Source of the DNA: Octopus bimaculoides | Lineage: Eukaryota | Length of the DNA stretch: 64,000 nt | Direction: 5' to 3' | Assembly: GCF_001194135.2 (NCBI RefSeq) | Contig: NC_068994.1 | Span: 39,904,097 to 39,968,096 of the forward strand | Shown: positions 13,296 through 26,140 of the stretch, in pieces | Position numbering within the stretch: position 1 is the stretch's first letter | Layout: every line of letters starts with the position of its first letter | Made by a program: the position numbers and the translations under genes | The notes under the pieces: model-generated | The model's database searches: none | Seen by the model: the letters and a program-made list of their open reading frames with translations, nothing else | What the model was told of the DNA's origin: nothing

Positions 13296-16200
13296 GTATA
13301 GGAGTCACCAACAGTACACAACATGAAATACGAAAACAAATGAGTTAAATATACAAACAACGAGAGAAACAAATGGAAAACTGGACAAGTAGCAAAAAGA
13401 ATGATGCTTCATCAGTAATCGGCTGGCTATCTACTTCTCATTTCAAGCAATGAGTGACAATATGAGTCTTCGAAGACAGTTGCTCTCATAAGTACCAAAA
13501 TAAAATTTAGGATTTATGGAGGGTCAAAGTTGGGAATGAAAACAGGATAGTGGAGGCTTACAAGGAAACTGAATGAAAACAAACATGGAGGGTTGTTAGA
13601 CCAGGATGAGGGTAAAATAGCGAAAGCTGAAGAAATATTTTCTTTGACAAGAGAAAAGATAGAAGAGAGACATAGGGTATGTTCAGTCCTAAAAGAAAAG
13701 AAAGATGATCATGTGAGGAAAAGAAAGATGGACGATGATTTTGTGTGAGCAACAAGAGAGAGAGAAAGGGAGAAAGAAGGGGAGAAAGAGACAGAAAACA
13801 GTGAAGGGGAGAAAAAGGGAATTAGAGAAACAATGGGGGAGAAAACAGTATAGAGTAGAGTCGCATCAAAAAAATTAAGAGGGTGACTGAGTGAGAGAGG
13901 GAGGGAGATGTGTACTAATTTGGTAATATTTTCTCTCATTTAGGTAGACTAGAAATTAAGGTGGAAAAGGTTAATCAATTATATCAAGCCTAGTACTTGA
14001 TCTGTGATTTATTTTATGAAACACAAGAAGGATTAGAAGAAACAAAGTGGAACTCAGCAGGATTTGAACTCAGAATATAAAATGTTTAAATCTTTCTGAG
14101 GTCAACCTTGCCTTTCACCTTCCCAGAGTTTAATAAATTAAAGAGCAAATCCTGGGGCCAGTGGTAGAGATTGACCACTTCCACCTAAATTTCTGCCTCT
14201 CTGCCTATGTGAGAAATTGTTGTTGCTGTAGTCGACGATGATGGTGATGATGATGATGATGATGATTATGAGGAGGAGAAGGAGAAGGATGATGATGATG
14301 ATGTTGTTGCTGCTGCTGTTATTGTTATTGTAATTATTTCAGTTTTCACAAATATTTCTCTTATACTAAAGATAGTCTGCATTTTGCCTTTTATACATAA
14401 AACATAATAAATTGTCAAAGCTGTAAAATCATTGTATTCAATGATTTTATAGAAAACTGGAATTAGAAAGTAGTAAATTTCTAAAACATTCATCACGATA
14501 TCAACTCTATTTAAAGTAACAGTCTTTATTTTTTTAAATCCTTTTGTCAGAAATAGAATAGCTGTTATACAGATAACACGTTTTAAAGACATGTACCCTA
14601 ATTTCAATTGAAACCGTCATCTGAGACAAAAAGTTATCTTTAAAAGGCATGCATCTGCTTTATAAAATAGATTATTAGATTAGAACTAAAGAGAATAGGG
14701 AGGTAGTGCAGCTTTAGTATGGCATATTTAAAATTCAGAGAGCTTAAAAGAATTTTTACTCAACAACGAAGATTTAAAATTCAGTGTATTTAATAATTAG
14801 AAAGCCCGCCTTCTAATTAAGGAAAAATGGAAAACAAAAGTCATTGATTTAATGGATAAAAGAAGAATTTAAAATTGCTTCAAAATTGACAATTATTAAA
14901 TGGACACAAACAAAAACAATAAAAATCAAGATTTACAATTTAAGAAAATGCATTTTCCGGAAAGGATTTTTAATAGGAATGAAAGAGGATTTTTATTATT
15001 GAAAATGGAAATGAAATTTAAAAAAGAAAAACATAAAAAAACTGAAATGCTAAAGCATTCTGAAAATTTAATTGTAAACAACTACATTACACAGAATAGA
15101 ATGAACATTTCAGACATGTAATTTCAGCAACAGTAATAAATTTCAATTTTATACTTCTAAATTATTGATTCTTGAAACTTTGCACAAGTTTAAGTTACAT
15201 TGAGTTGCTTCTTTTAAAAATATTTCTTAAAAAAATAAAGCTGTAATATATATATATATCTTAAAATTCAACAATATTTTGACTACAAGGGAAAACATAT
15301 TTCAGACATTGTATTCAGTTGTTCATTTATTTAATGTTCATTTTCCCGAGGTAGCATGGCTTGAATGAGAATTGATTTTGAGGTTGGATTTTACAGCAGG
15401 ATGTTCTTTCTGTCGTCAACTCTCACCTGCTACTTGCTTTACAAGTAAGGGATCTTTATATTCTACAGGATTGTAAAAGTGAAATACAACCAATCATAAG
15501 ATCAACATCACACTGTTTTACTGAAGCAGACAAATGAAGTATGAACATCAAGGTACATATGCACACACATGCATGCATGCACGCACACACACACACACAC
15601 ACATGCATGCACAACAGTTATGATACTGTTTCTATCCACCAGGCTCATTCACAGGTCATCAGTGAAACTGGAGCAATTGTAGAAAGCTTGTATCTAATGT
15701 ACCATGCTGAGGGGCTGAATCCAAACTGTTTGGCCACAAAGTTAACTTCTTAACCCCACAGCCATACCTTTGCTTATAAGCTATTCTTGTAATTATAGCC
15801 ATACCTAAGAAAATCATATTGCTCAAAAGAACAATTCATTCACAAATTTTAATTATTTTTTTTCTTCTAATGATATTGAGTAATCTATTTTATTTTAATG
15901 ATATTGTATACTCTATTGTTGAATTATACTATTATTATTATATTGCTATTGCTAATGTTGTGAATTGGCAGAGTCATTAGAGCATCTAGTTGAACGAGTC
16001 ACTGTATATCTTCCAGTTTTTTTACCTTCTCAGTCCGTCTTTTATTGAGGTCATTTTTGAATTTCATCGTTCTGGGGTCAATAAAATAATGCACCAGACC
16101 AGTACTGAGGCCAATGGTATCATCATACAACATTCCTTCAGAATTGCTGGTTTTGTGCTTAAATCAGAAACAATCATAACTATTTATTGGCTGAATCTTG

Positions 16201-16464
16201 GGAACAGTGTTGTGTCAGTACCTTTCAAAGGCCTCTCATGACTGGTGAGATGGATTCACTTGATGTACTTAATGTTTCTCTTAAGCAGCTGTAAGTCGAT
16301 GGTTGTAGGAAAAATAATAATATGCAGAGAGGGAATTCCAGAGATCCCCATTTTATAAGTCATTCATAATTTACTGGGCTTGATATAATTGACAAGACCC
16401 CTCAAATTTCTGGACACATGCCCTAGAAAGTTAGCAAATTGACAGAGTTGCTAGAGTGTCAGGT

Positions 16465-17706
16465 AAAGTGGTTTTTGTTGCTTTATATCATTAATCTAAG
16501 TCCACGATTCTTAGGCTGAGGGGAAGTGTACATTTGGAGGCGTTGTGAGCTCAAGGAAAGGAAGTAAATATCAAATGGGTGCTATGAGGTACTGGATATT
16601 TTGAAGGGTCCTAATATTTTTTTAAAATGTATTTAAACCAGATACAATACTTATATTTTAAAAATATTTTTCACAAATATTCTTAACAGTATTCATTCCA
16701 GCTTTTTGTGAATGCACATCACATAATAGTTAGGGTATTCAGTTCATGGTCATAAGATCATGAGTTCAATCCTCAGTAGCATGTTGCATCCTCAAACAAA
16801 ACACTCCATTTCATGTTGCTCCAGTCCATTCAGTTGACAAAAATGAGTTGCACCTGTAATTCAAAAATCCAGACGTGTCACATTTTGCATCATGCTGAAT
16901 CTCCCTGACAACTATATTAAGGGTATGTGTGTCTGTGGAGTGCTCAGCCACTTCTACATAAATTTCACAAGCAAACTGTTCTATTGATTGAATCAACTGG
17001 AACCCTCGTCATTATAACCAATGGAGTGCGAAGCCAGTTCTTTACATTCCCAATTCAAATCTTGCTGAGATGAATTTCACTTTTTATCCTTATGAGGTTA
17101 CTAAAGTTAAGTACCAGTTAAGTACTGGGTTGAATAAACTGACTAGACTATGCTCATCCCCTCAAAACTACCAGCCTCCTGCCTAAATTAGAAATAATAA
17201 TTAAGGACAGGGGCTTATCACAATCATTAGAATGTCAAACAAGATGCCTTGTGCTCATCAACCTTGAGAATGGGAATATTTCTTTATTCAATAGTGAAGA
17301 TTTAAAAAGAAATATTTGAATATATATTGATGTGTAAAATTATACCAGCAAGTGATAGGATAGGAATTTTGCAGATTTCAGTTGTCTGCTTGCAAGCATC
17401 ATTATAATAATGATAAAAAAAGTTATATCACTTCTTTCAAAGCAAAGTGAATAAATTCAAGTTATGTTTATTATCACTCATATAAAAATGACAGGTGACA
17501 CGAAAGTGGTTTTTGTTGCTTTATATCATCAATCTAAGTCCACGAAGTGTACATCTGGAGGCATTGTGAGCTCAAGGAAGAAAAACAAATATCAAGTGGG
17601 TGCTATGAGGTACTGGGTATTTTGAAGGGTCCTAATATATTTAAAAAATGTATTTAAACCAGATGCAATACTTATATTTTTAAAATATTTTTCACAAAAA
17701 TATTCT
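16465..17706. repeat. Diverged ~210-bp direct repeat pair (16465-16684 and 17503-17706)
   Basis: Both read aaagtggtttttgttgctttatatcat.aatctaagtccacga...ttgaagggtcctaatat...cacaaa..tattctt; one 17-nt indel and scattered substitutions. Confidence 0.9.
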
Positions 17707-18331
17707 TTGTTGGGTTTAAAATGTGAGTTGGACATAGTTTTATCAGTAAGCATAAATATGGCTGGTGATAGACCAGAGGTCAAAAGTAGCTTGTGTTTGA
17801 TTAAAACATTAAAATAATTTGATAGTCTGATGGGGGATTTTTTAATTTTATTTCAGTAAGGGCATTTGTAAAATGCCATTCAGAAAAAGGAGGTATTGAA
17901 CTTTAAATGTATGTGAACCACTGCCCTAAAGAAATAATAATCTAAATAACAGGGACATCATCATCGTCGTCATCGTCATTTAACGTCTACTTTTCATGCT
18001 GGCATGGATTAGACAGTTTGACCGGAACTGGTAAACCAGAGAGCTGAACCAGGTTCCAGTTTGATTAGGCATGGTTTCTATGGTTGGATGCCCTTCCTAA
18101 TCCCAACCATTCCAAGAGCGTAATCATAGGCATGAAAAAAATTCATAAGTTTGTGTTAATACATTTAATTCAGGGAGCCTATGATTTGCAGATGAGATCA
18201 TGAAAAAAGCTGAAGCACGTCCAAATAATTAGCTTAACAAGTATTCTTTATGGTTTAATCAGAGGAAGAATAGGGGATCTATGGCTGTTTCTAGGTCCTC
18301 TGACACCGGCAAGAAGAAGGGAATAAGTTAC

Positions 18332-18367
18332 CTTCAGATTGGAACCAACTGCATTGAATATGTTGAA
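18332..18367 (-). CDS. Candidate 36-nt phase 0-0 exon (FNIFNAVGSNLK) downstream of the large protocadherin exon
   Basis: Acceptor attattattctAG|TTC at 18368/18367 and donor GAAG|GTAACT at 18332/18331. In frame with the phase-0 donor at 19282, no stops. Confidence 0.3.
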
Positions 18368-19281
18368 CTAGAATAATAATCTAACACTAAATTCCATTTG
18401 CAAAGTTTATGATTTTAAGTATTACTGCACAAACACAGCCCCACAGATGTGCTCAAAGATATACAACAATCCACTCAGGAATGCATGCACAAAACCATTT
18501 GATACAAACAGTATGTATTTATAGACCAGTTCTTGCAAAAGTAATTATTTTTTAATGAATTTAACTTGAGAAACATGTGCTCTGTTAAACAATATCAGTT
18601 ATCATGAATAACAATATTTCTTAAATTTAAAAATTGTGTACATACACAAATGGTTTGTTTATAATGCTTTAAATACTTTCAGTTTTGAACAATATTTATA
18701 CACACACATGCATATTTTAGTCATCTATCTATAAATATATACATATATATATAGACATACACACACATATACACAAATATATATATATACAGATACATAC
18801 ATATGGACATAAAATTAATAACCATTATTATTACATTATTACTAATAGTTTACTAATTTACAGATGTTGAATGTGTCTGTGTCTGTGTCTAAGTGCACGT
18901 GTGTGTGTGAGTGTGTATAAGTATGTGCATGTGCACATGCGCATGTGTGTAGCATCAGTAAATTAGCAAAATTATAGTAATAATTATTGAGGAATAATTT
19001 TAAGAAATTTTAAAATAAATTATTACTAATCTTTTAACACAAATATCATTCAATATACTGAAATGCAGACTTTAATTAATTAAAAATCACAAGAAGGAAA
19101 GAAAACGATACACTTAAGTATATAAGCTACAACTAAAATATATGATATAATATTTAGTTTGTTATTGTTTTAAAAGACATATTAGCAGGAATTACAACCA
19201 ATTACTTATTCAAACATTATTAAAGTATAGATATCAGAAACGATGTTACAGCTATGAAATTAATAAAATTTATTTACTTAC

Positions 19282-21687
19282 AGGAATATTTCCACTGGTA
19301 AGTGTTTGACAGTGGATCTCAATTGAAGGATCCCGGAGTTTTTGGCTTGATTTATGTTCTAAGGAAAGATTTCCTCTAGACCACATGTGAGGCAGATCTT
19401 CATCTTTGTCAATGTTTTGTAAGACATCAGGGCTCTCATGAATAGATGAAACTTGCTTTGCACAAGAATATTCTGATTCTGTATTCCTGCCAACATGGCG
19501 TTTCTGTGGATCTGTTCTAAATATATGTTGGCTGCCTTGTAGATTGTTTCTTCTGACAATGCAGATAGTTATGGAGACAACCAGTAATACTGACACTGTC
19601 ACTGCAGCAACAATTATTATAATAAATAGATTAATATGTATTTTGTCATCTGATTGTAAATTAACTGCAGTAAATTTTGTTGAAGATTTGTTACTTACAG
19701 TCAATGTTAAAGACAAAGTAGTTGTTGCTGATAAAACTGGAGTACCACTGTCTTTGACGAAAAACTTGAGTGCATATGATCCAGCATCGTTTTGGTAAAC
19801 TGTACGAGAAAAGGACAAGACGCCAGTGTATGGATTCACTGAAAACAATTGTCTATTGTTACCTTTCATTATTCCATACTTCAGAAAGGCATTCTGCCGA
19901 ATATCTCTGTCTGAAGCTCTTAATGTTGTTATATCATTGCTACTCTGAGGTTGGTAGTAAACATCAAGACTGAAAGGATCCACACTGGGAAAGACAAAAT
20001 ATGGAGCATTGTCATTTTCATCCATAACTTCGACAATAACATTTGCTGTATCATTTAACGAAGGGGTTCCATTGTCCTTTACTAAAACTTTGAATTTATA
20101 AATACTCTGCTGCTCCCGATCTAATGATTGTTTTGCTAAAATAAATCCATAGTCAGAAATTTCAAAAGGAAGAACATGCTGGTTACTGCTAAGTAAAGCA
20201 TATGTAAGGTCTCCACCAATCCCTAAGTCAGGATCTGTAGCATTAATGAACCCAACAGGGAAATTAGACTTTTCGTTTTCATATGTTAAAAATTTGAATG
20301 TTTCTTTTGTGAATTGTGGCTTTACATCATTGACATCAGTTACTTTGAGAGAAAACTTATGTTCTGTTTTCAAAGAAGGAGTTCCTCTGTCACTGCAAGT
20401 TATTGTGAAATTTATTCTACTTTCACTTTCTCGATCAACAGTCTTCTTTACTGATACTTTGTATCTCTTCTGACCAAGACTCTGAAGAGTGAACTTATTA
20501 TGCTGGAGGTCACATGTCACTTGTCCATTCAAACCAATATCATTGTCAACAACTTTCACATATGCAATGAAGCTGCCAACTTCCATTGCTTCAGATATTG
20601 TTGCTGTGTTTCCAGTTAATTCTGAAAAATTTACTTCAATCACTGGAGCATTGTTTTGTTTATTGATAATATTTACCACAACTGGTACAACAGAGCTCAG
20701 AGGAGGACTGCCATTATCTCTGGCTTCAATAAATAGTTTATAAGTTTGTTTCTTTTCTGGTTTAAATTTTTTGCGAAGAAAGATTTCTCCAGTATTTTTT
20801 TTTATTTCAAAAAACGATTTTGCTCTATCAGATGTCATGGAACTAAAATAGTATGATACATTTCCATTTTTACCTGAATCTAAATCAGTAGCTGACAAGA
20901 TAAGAACTGGTATCTCTTTTGCTTGTCTGTTATTCACTGTAATGTTGTAAATGTCTTCAGAAAATATTGGTGGATTGTCATTTTCATCTGTAACTGATAT
21001 TTGAACATCCAAAATACCATGTTTTGATGGAGTACCCCCATCTTTAGCAATTATTTGTAACATATAATTGTCTTTTATTTCTCTGTCTAACTTATTTTCT
21101 AATGTTATACTTAGAGAGTAAGAACTGTCGACTCTTCTAGAAACAGCTAAAGTGAATGGGTCATCTTCCTGTTTTATTAATTCATAAGAGATTTGTGAAT
21201 TTAATAAATGAACATCTTTATCTACAGCATTTGGTATAGCACGCATAGTTCCTCTGCCATCTGTTTCATCAAAGTTTATATTTACTTCATTATCTGGAAA
21301 AATTGGTTCATTATCATTAATATCTTCTATAATAACCTTCACCTCTAAAATTTTGGCAAATGATTTTCCTTTTCTCACAGCAATATCGACCATGACTGAG
21401 CACTCAGTGTTGTACTTACAGAGGGACTCAGCATCTAGTGACTTAGCAGTGTAAAGTCTTCCAGTTTTAGAAACATTAAACAATAAGTTTCCTATCTTAT
21501 CTTCCTGGAGTTGGCTAAACCATATCAAACTATGATCTTTAGATGAAATGCTCTCCATGAATCTAGTATCTATGCCTAAATCACCAAAATATATTCCTGG
21601 ATTTTCATTTTCATTTACATGGTATGTAAAATCTACACATTCATAGGAATGCATGCAAAACAGCAACATACACACCTGCATTAACAT
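19282..21687 (-). CDS. Protocadherin, large ectodomain+TM exon (signal peptide, EC1-EC6, TM, proximal cytoplasmic region)
   Basis: 805-aa ORF (19270-21687). Hydrophobic N-terminus MLMQVCMLLFC. Cadherin linkers DINDNEPIF, DENDNPPIF, NKQNNAPVI, DVNDVKPQF, DENDNAPYF; LDRE/VDRE and DxD motifs; EC1 C-X5-C (CKYNTEC) typical of protocadherins; TM INLFIIIIVAAVTVSVLLVVSITICIV followed by RR. Strong phase-0 donor CCT|GTAAGT at 19282/19281, three codons before the ORF stop, so the true exon probably ends at 19282. Confidence 0.95.
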
Positions 21688-23220
21688 GTCTTAGAAGGTC
21701 GTATCAAAGAGTTGAATGCAACAGCTTCAGTAAGAATGGTTATTCTAGACAGTGTTCATATATTTGACAATAACATTGAATTCTGTAGTATCTAAATCAA
21801 GTGAACAGATTCTACTACATAATAACCTGGCGTGATTGGATCCTATTATTCTTATGGCATTCATTAATATAGAGTAAAAATAAAAAAAAACATCTATCCA
21901 CACACACACACACACACACACATATATAGAAGTGCAAGTATGTATATATACGTTGCCTTGCACTCATAAATAATGTGAATCTGTCACTGACATGCACTCA
22001 CACATACATATGTTATGTATGTATACGCATACGAGTATGTATATATCTGTATATATATCTTATCTCTAATATATATATATAGTAATTATAGGAGCAGATC
22101 ATGAAATATATAACAATGGAGGATATCTGCTCTGAAAATTGCTATCAACATTGATTTTCTTGTAAAATACTGTATTCCGAGGCTAATTTTCCTGCAAAAC
22201 GTTGCATGATTTAATCTTGGTTGGTACTTGTGTGACCCTGATTATTCTTAGTCACAATATACTGCAGGAAGACATCTCTCATTACCAGAGCAGTGAATGA
22301 ATGCTGCTTTCATTTCTACATATTTCACCTTACAGATATTATCGGCGTTTTAAGCACCCATTTACTTGATATGTTTCAGAAGCTGGACAATTGGGAGCAG
22401 AGCACCATGGCTGAAACTAATTTCATTTGCAATGTCTTCTGACATGAAGCATCAATCACAACCAATAAGTTCATCCACATTGTTACACGGGCACATGATT
22501 TCCCATGAACTCCCAATATGCCGCTTAGCATGCATACATTGTCTGGCTACTTTAAGTGTCTCTATAAACATGTACTTGCTTCTTCGATCCAAATACAAAT
22601 ACTCCATGGTTTTCTTGTCTTTGTCCATAAATTGTAATTTTGTTCATTCTTTCTTTCCTTCTGTTGAATGTATATTTATTTATGCATACATAAATATATG
22701 TATGTATGTATACTATATATATGAGTGTGTATGTGTTTGTGTGTGTGCAGTGTAATGTAATAATATTTTACTATTATAAGTATCTATGTATGTGTGTGTG
22801 TGTGTGTGTATTTTTGCACAAAATAACAGATGCTTGCTTGTTGTTCGTTATATGAACAACTTTCCCAAGAGTAATGACATCCTATGGTTTACAAAGTGAC
22901 AACAAGAGGTAATCACCCAATGAATGTGGAATGCAAGGGTGCCAATTTATACTGCCGCATCATGAATGTATTCCTGAAATGAAAGGTATAGAGATACATT
23001 AACCCAGTTAACAGAGATTTACAGTAAGGAAGTATTCACTCTCTGTAATGAAAATACATCAATGTTGCACAGTTTGCTTCCAGTAAAATTGAAAGCTAAC
23101 GGTGTCTCATTTGTTATTTTACTATTTATTCATTTTTTATTTATTTCTGTTTTTTGTTATTTCTTATTTATTTATTTTTTTTCTGTATAATGGAAGAGGT
23201 CACTATAAAGATTATATGTA

Positions 23221-23262
<42 letters not shown>

Positions 23263-23648
23263 TGTGTGTGTATGCTTTACCACTATTGTAATAGAAAGAA
23301 CAATAGCAACCATAAATATCAGGGAAAAAGCAAAAAAAAAAACCACACACGCACACTAAAAGGTAAGGTGGAGAAAGAAGAAAGAGAAATGAAATAATTT
23401 ATAAAAAAAAAACAAAACAAAAATACAAAACACAGAATAACAGAATGAAATTATCAAGTATAAAGTATATGCAATAAAGTATTTTTTTGAAGGAATCCTT
23501 TCATATGTATATATTGTTGCCGTTGTTGTGTGTATCTGTCAGCCTTATATGAGAGCCTGTGTGTGTTTGTATTTATATGTGAGTGTGTATGTATTGTATA
23601 TATATATATATATATAAATATATATGTATGTATCCTGCAATACACATC

Positions 23649-23681
<33 letters not shown>

Positions 23682-24066
23682 NNNNNNNNNNNNNNNNNNN
23701 NNNNNNNNNNNNNNNNNNNNNNNNNNNNNNNNNNNNNNNNNNNNNNNNNNNNNNNNNNNNNNNNNNNNNNNNNNNNNNNNNNNNNNNNNNNNNNNNNNNN
23801 NNNNNNNNNNNNNNNNNNNNNNNNNNNNNNNNNNNNNNNNNNNNNNNNNNNNNNNNNNNNNNNNNNNNNNNNNNNNNNNNNNNNNNNNNNNNNNNNNNNN
23901 NNNNNNNNNNNNNNNNNNNNNNNNNNNNNNNNNNNNNNNNNNNNNNNNNNNNNNNNNNNNNNNNNNNNNNNNNNNNNNNNNNNNNNNNNNNNNNNNNNNN
24001 NNNNNNNNNNNNNNNNNNNNNNNNNNNNNNNNNNNNNNNNNNNNNNNNNNNNNNNNNNNNNNNNNN
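23682..24066. other. Assembly gap (largest of eight)
   Basis: N runs, mostly next to (TA)n, at about 2146-2209, 6245-6254, 13198-13262, 23682-24066, 41944-41953, 48699-48707, 56468-56842 and 59665-59967. Confidence 0.98.
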
Positions 24067-24549
24067 TATAAATATATGAAAATAAAAAGCAAAAGTATAA
24101 ATGAAAGAAAGAAATGAAAATAACAACATTCTATTCTTCCGATAATAGATATTACAAATGAAATAGCAAGGACAAACCATTGACAAAAATCAGAAAGGAA
24201 TCTTTCAGCTAAACAAGAACCAGAGCGAACATGAATCTAGATTGTATTGATTGTATATCATTACAGCCCTTCAAACTAGCTTAGCTTATCGTTGAATTTG
24301 TCCTGATTTTTTTAGGTCAGATAATGTTCACTTTGATCCGCAGATACAAAACTAATCAAGTAAATCCATAAACCTATTCTTTCTACTTAAACTAACAGAA
24401 CCATCAAAACCGAAACTCTTTGTGTGTGAGTGTGTGTGTGATTGCCCACATGTATGTGTGTATGCATGTGTATGCATGCATTTGTGTGGAGTGGGCATGC
24501 AGGTGAATAAGAAAGGGAGAGTGAAAGAGAAAGACATAGTTAAAGAAGA

Positions 24550-24584
<35 letters not shown>

Positions 24585-24762
24585 AGAGAGAGAGAGAGAT
24601 AGATAGATAGATAGATAGATAAAAATTATGCCAGCATGGAAGGCAGACATCATATGATGATGATGATGATATTTATATATGTGTTTATGCATATATGTCC
24701 CTTGTATGTTTCTATGGATATATGTCTGTGTGTGTATATCTAAACACATTCATATTTATTAT

Positions 24763-24798
<36 letters not shown>

Positions 24799-25741
24799 AT
24801 ATATATCATATATTAAATTATTTTATATTATGTTATGTACACAGTTATGGATATATATATTATAAGTATATGTGTCTATATACATATAATGCATTATAAA
24901 GTATATATGTATATATGATATAGATATATACAGATATACATTATATACTAAGATTATACATATATGCATGTATATGTATACATTTCTTTGCTAATCTGTT
25001 TATTTTTCTCTCTTTCAGATCAGGTGGAACATAAAAAGAGAAAGAATTTGCAACAGAAATATATTTGGTACAAAAAGAAAAGCAAAAAATAATAAACATT
25101 GAAATATGAAATAAGTGTCTAACTTGGTTTATTTTTCTGGGGTTCTGAGCCCTTTTTTTGATAACCCCAGTTACTTTTGTTTCTTTGACTGATCCTTATT
25201 CATCTTTCATCAACTACCAGCTTAAAAAAAGTTAGGACCTTTACATACTTTCTAAACATGCTAGCAATAGTAACAAAATCTCACATAATCCACATTCCAC
25301 TATCTTAAAAATAAGACACCATTGAATATTGTAGTCTATGATGAACTTCTGAAAAAGCGATGAAGTAATCCTGAGCTAAATACCCTTTGTTTCTATTTAG
25401 CACAATACAGGAGCCTATGTAGTCACAGAAATTACTAGAAACAGCTGTGTGTCCTTAGTATCACACACTACTATCTTATAGAAGGAAAATCATTAAATAT
25501 TAGTGTATTTTTAGATATACTATTCTGGAAAGAGGACAGAGATGTGGTCATAGCTGGAATGCCTTTGAGCATTAGTCTGTGCAATCAGAATTGACCTGGC
25601 CTTTGGTTAAATAGCAATTTCAACAACTATCTTCTACTTTTCTTATTTGCTATATTAAATACATATCAGTTATACGGACACTTTTTCTCTCTCCTAAAAT
25701 TAATGAAGGTACCAAAATTAGCATTTTATTCCAAGAGCTGA

Positions 25742-26140
25742 AACTCGATTCAGATGCAAAATTGTGAATTGGGAAGTTTTACATCGTTGTTTGATGTTTT
25801 AACACTAGCATCATGGGTCCATCCAACAGTGGAAAAAGCTGTATTTTAAGATCTATTAGAAACGGCCTTAGGTGGCCAAAAGAGATGCTAAGCTTCTGAT
25901 AATTTCACATTCGGAAGCTGCATTGATAAAACACTAATATACACAGATGCGATGTGGTTCACAACAAACAACGTTAAAGAAGCCAAATGTATCATGGAGG
26001 GTACAGCAATATATATAAATATCAAACATCAAAACGAGAGAATACTAAAAAGAACTCCATGCCTATCAAGCTCAAATGTCGAACCTTACGAAGTCCTACT
26101 TCAAGACAAAAAAGCACTAGAAAACAGAATATTCTTGTCT
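25742..26140 (+). pseudogene. Endogenous parvovirus-like element: degenerate NS1/Rep SF3 helicase domain
   Basis: Walker A NTSIM-GPSNSGKS (GPSNSGKS at 25816-25839). After a frameshift near 25890: DNFTFGSCIDKTLIYTDAMW (Walker B region), EAKCIMEGTAIYINIKHQ (B'), RTPCLSSSN (motif C) and KALENRIF (arginine finger). Order and spacing match parvoviral NS1. Confidence 0.85.

Noticed and set aside
13290-13700. Repeat-like segment with CTGATGA on minus and palindrome GTCTTCGAAGAC
   Set aside because: Suggests a Penelope terminus, but no GAAA or stem II follows CTGATGA, so no hammerhead can be drawn.
19270-19281. ORF stop as the normal end of the protocadherin
   Set aside because: A consensus GTAAGT donor precedes it, so the stop is probably intronic; kept only as a possible short isoform.
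22917-22973. Possible additional 5'UTR exon (tttcatttcAG ... TGG|GTGATT)
   Set aside because: Splice-like motifs alone are too frequent in this composition to support a call.
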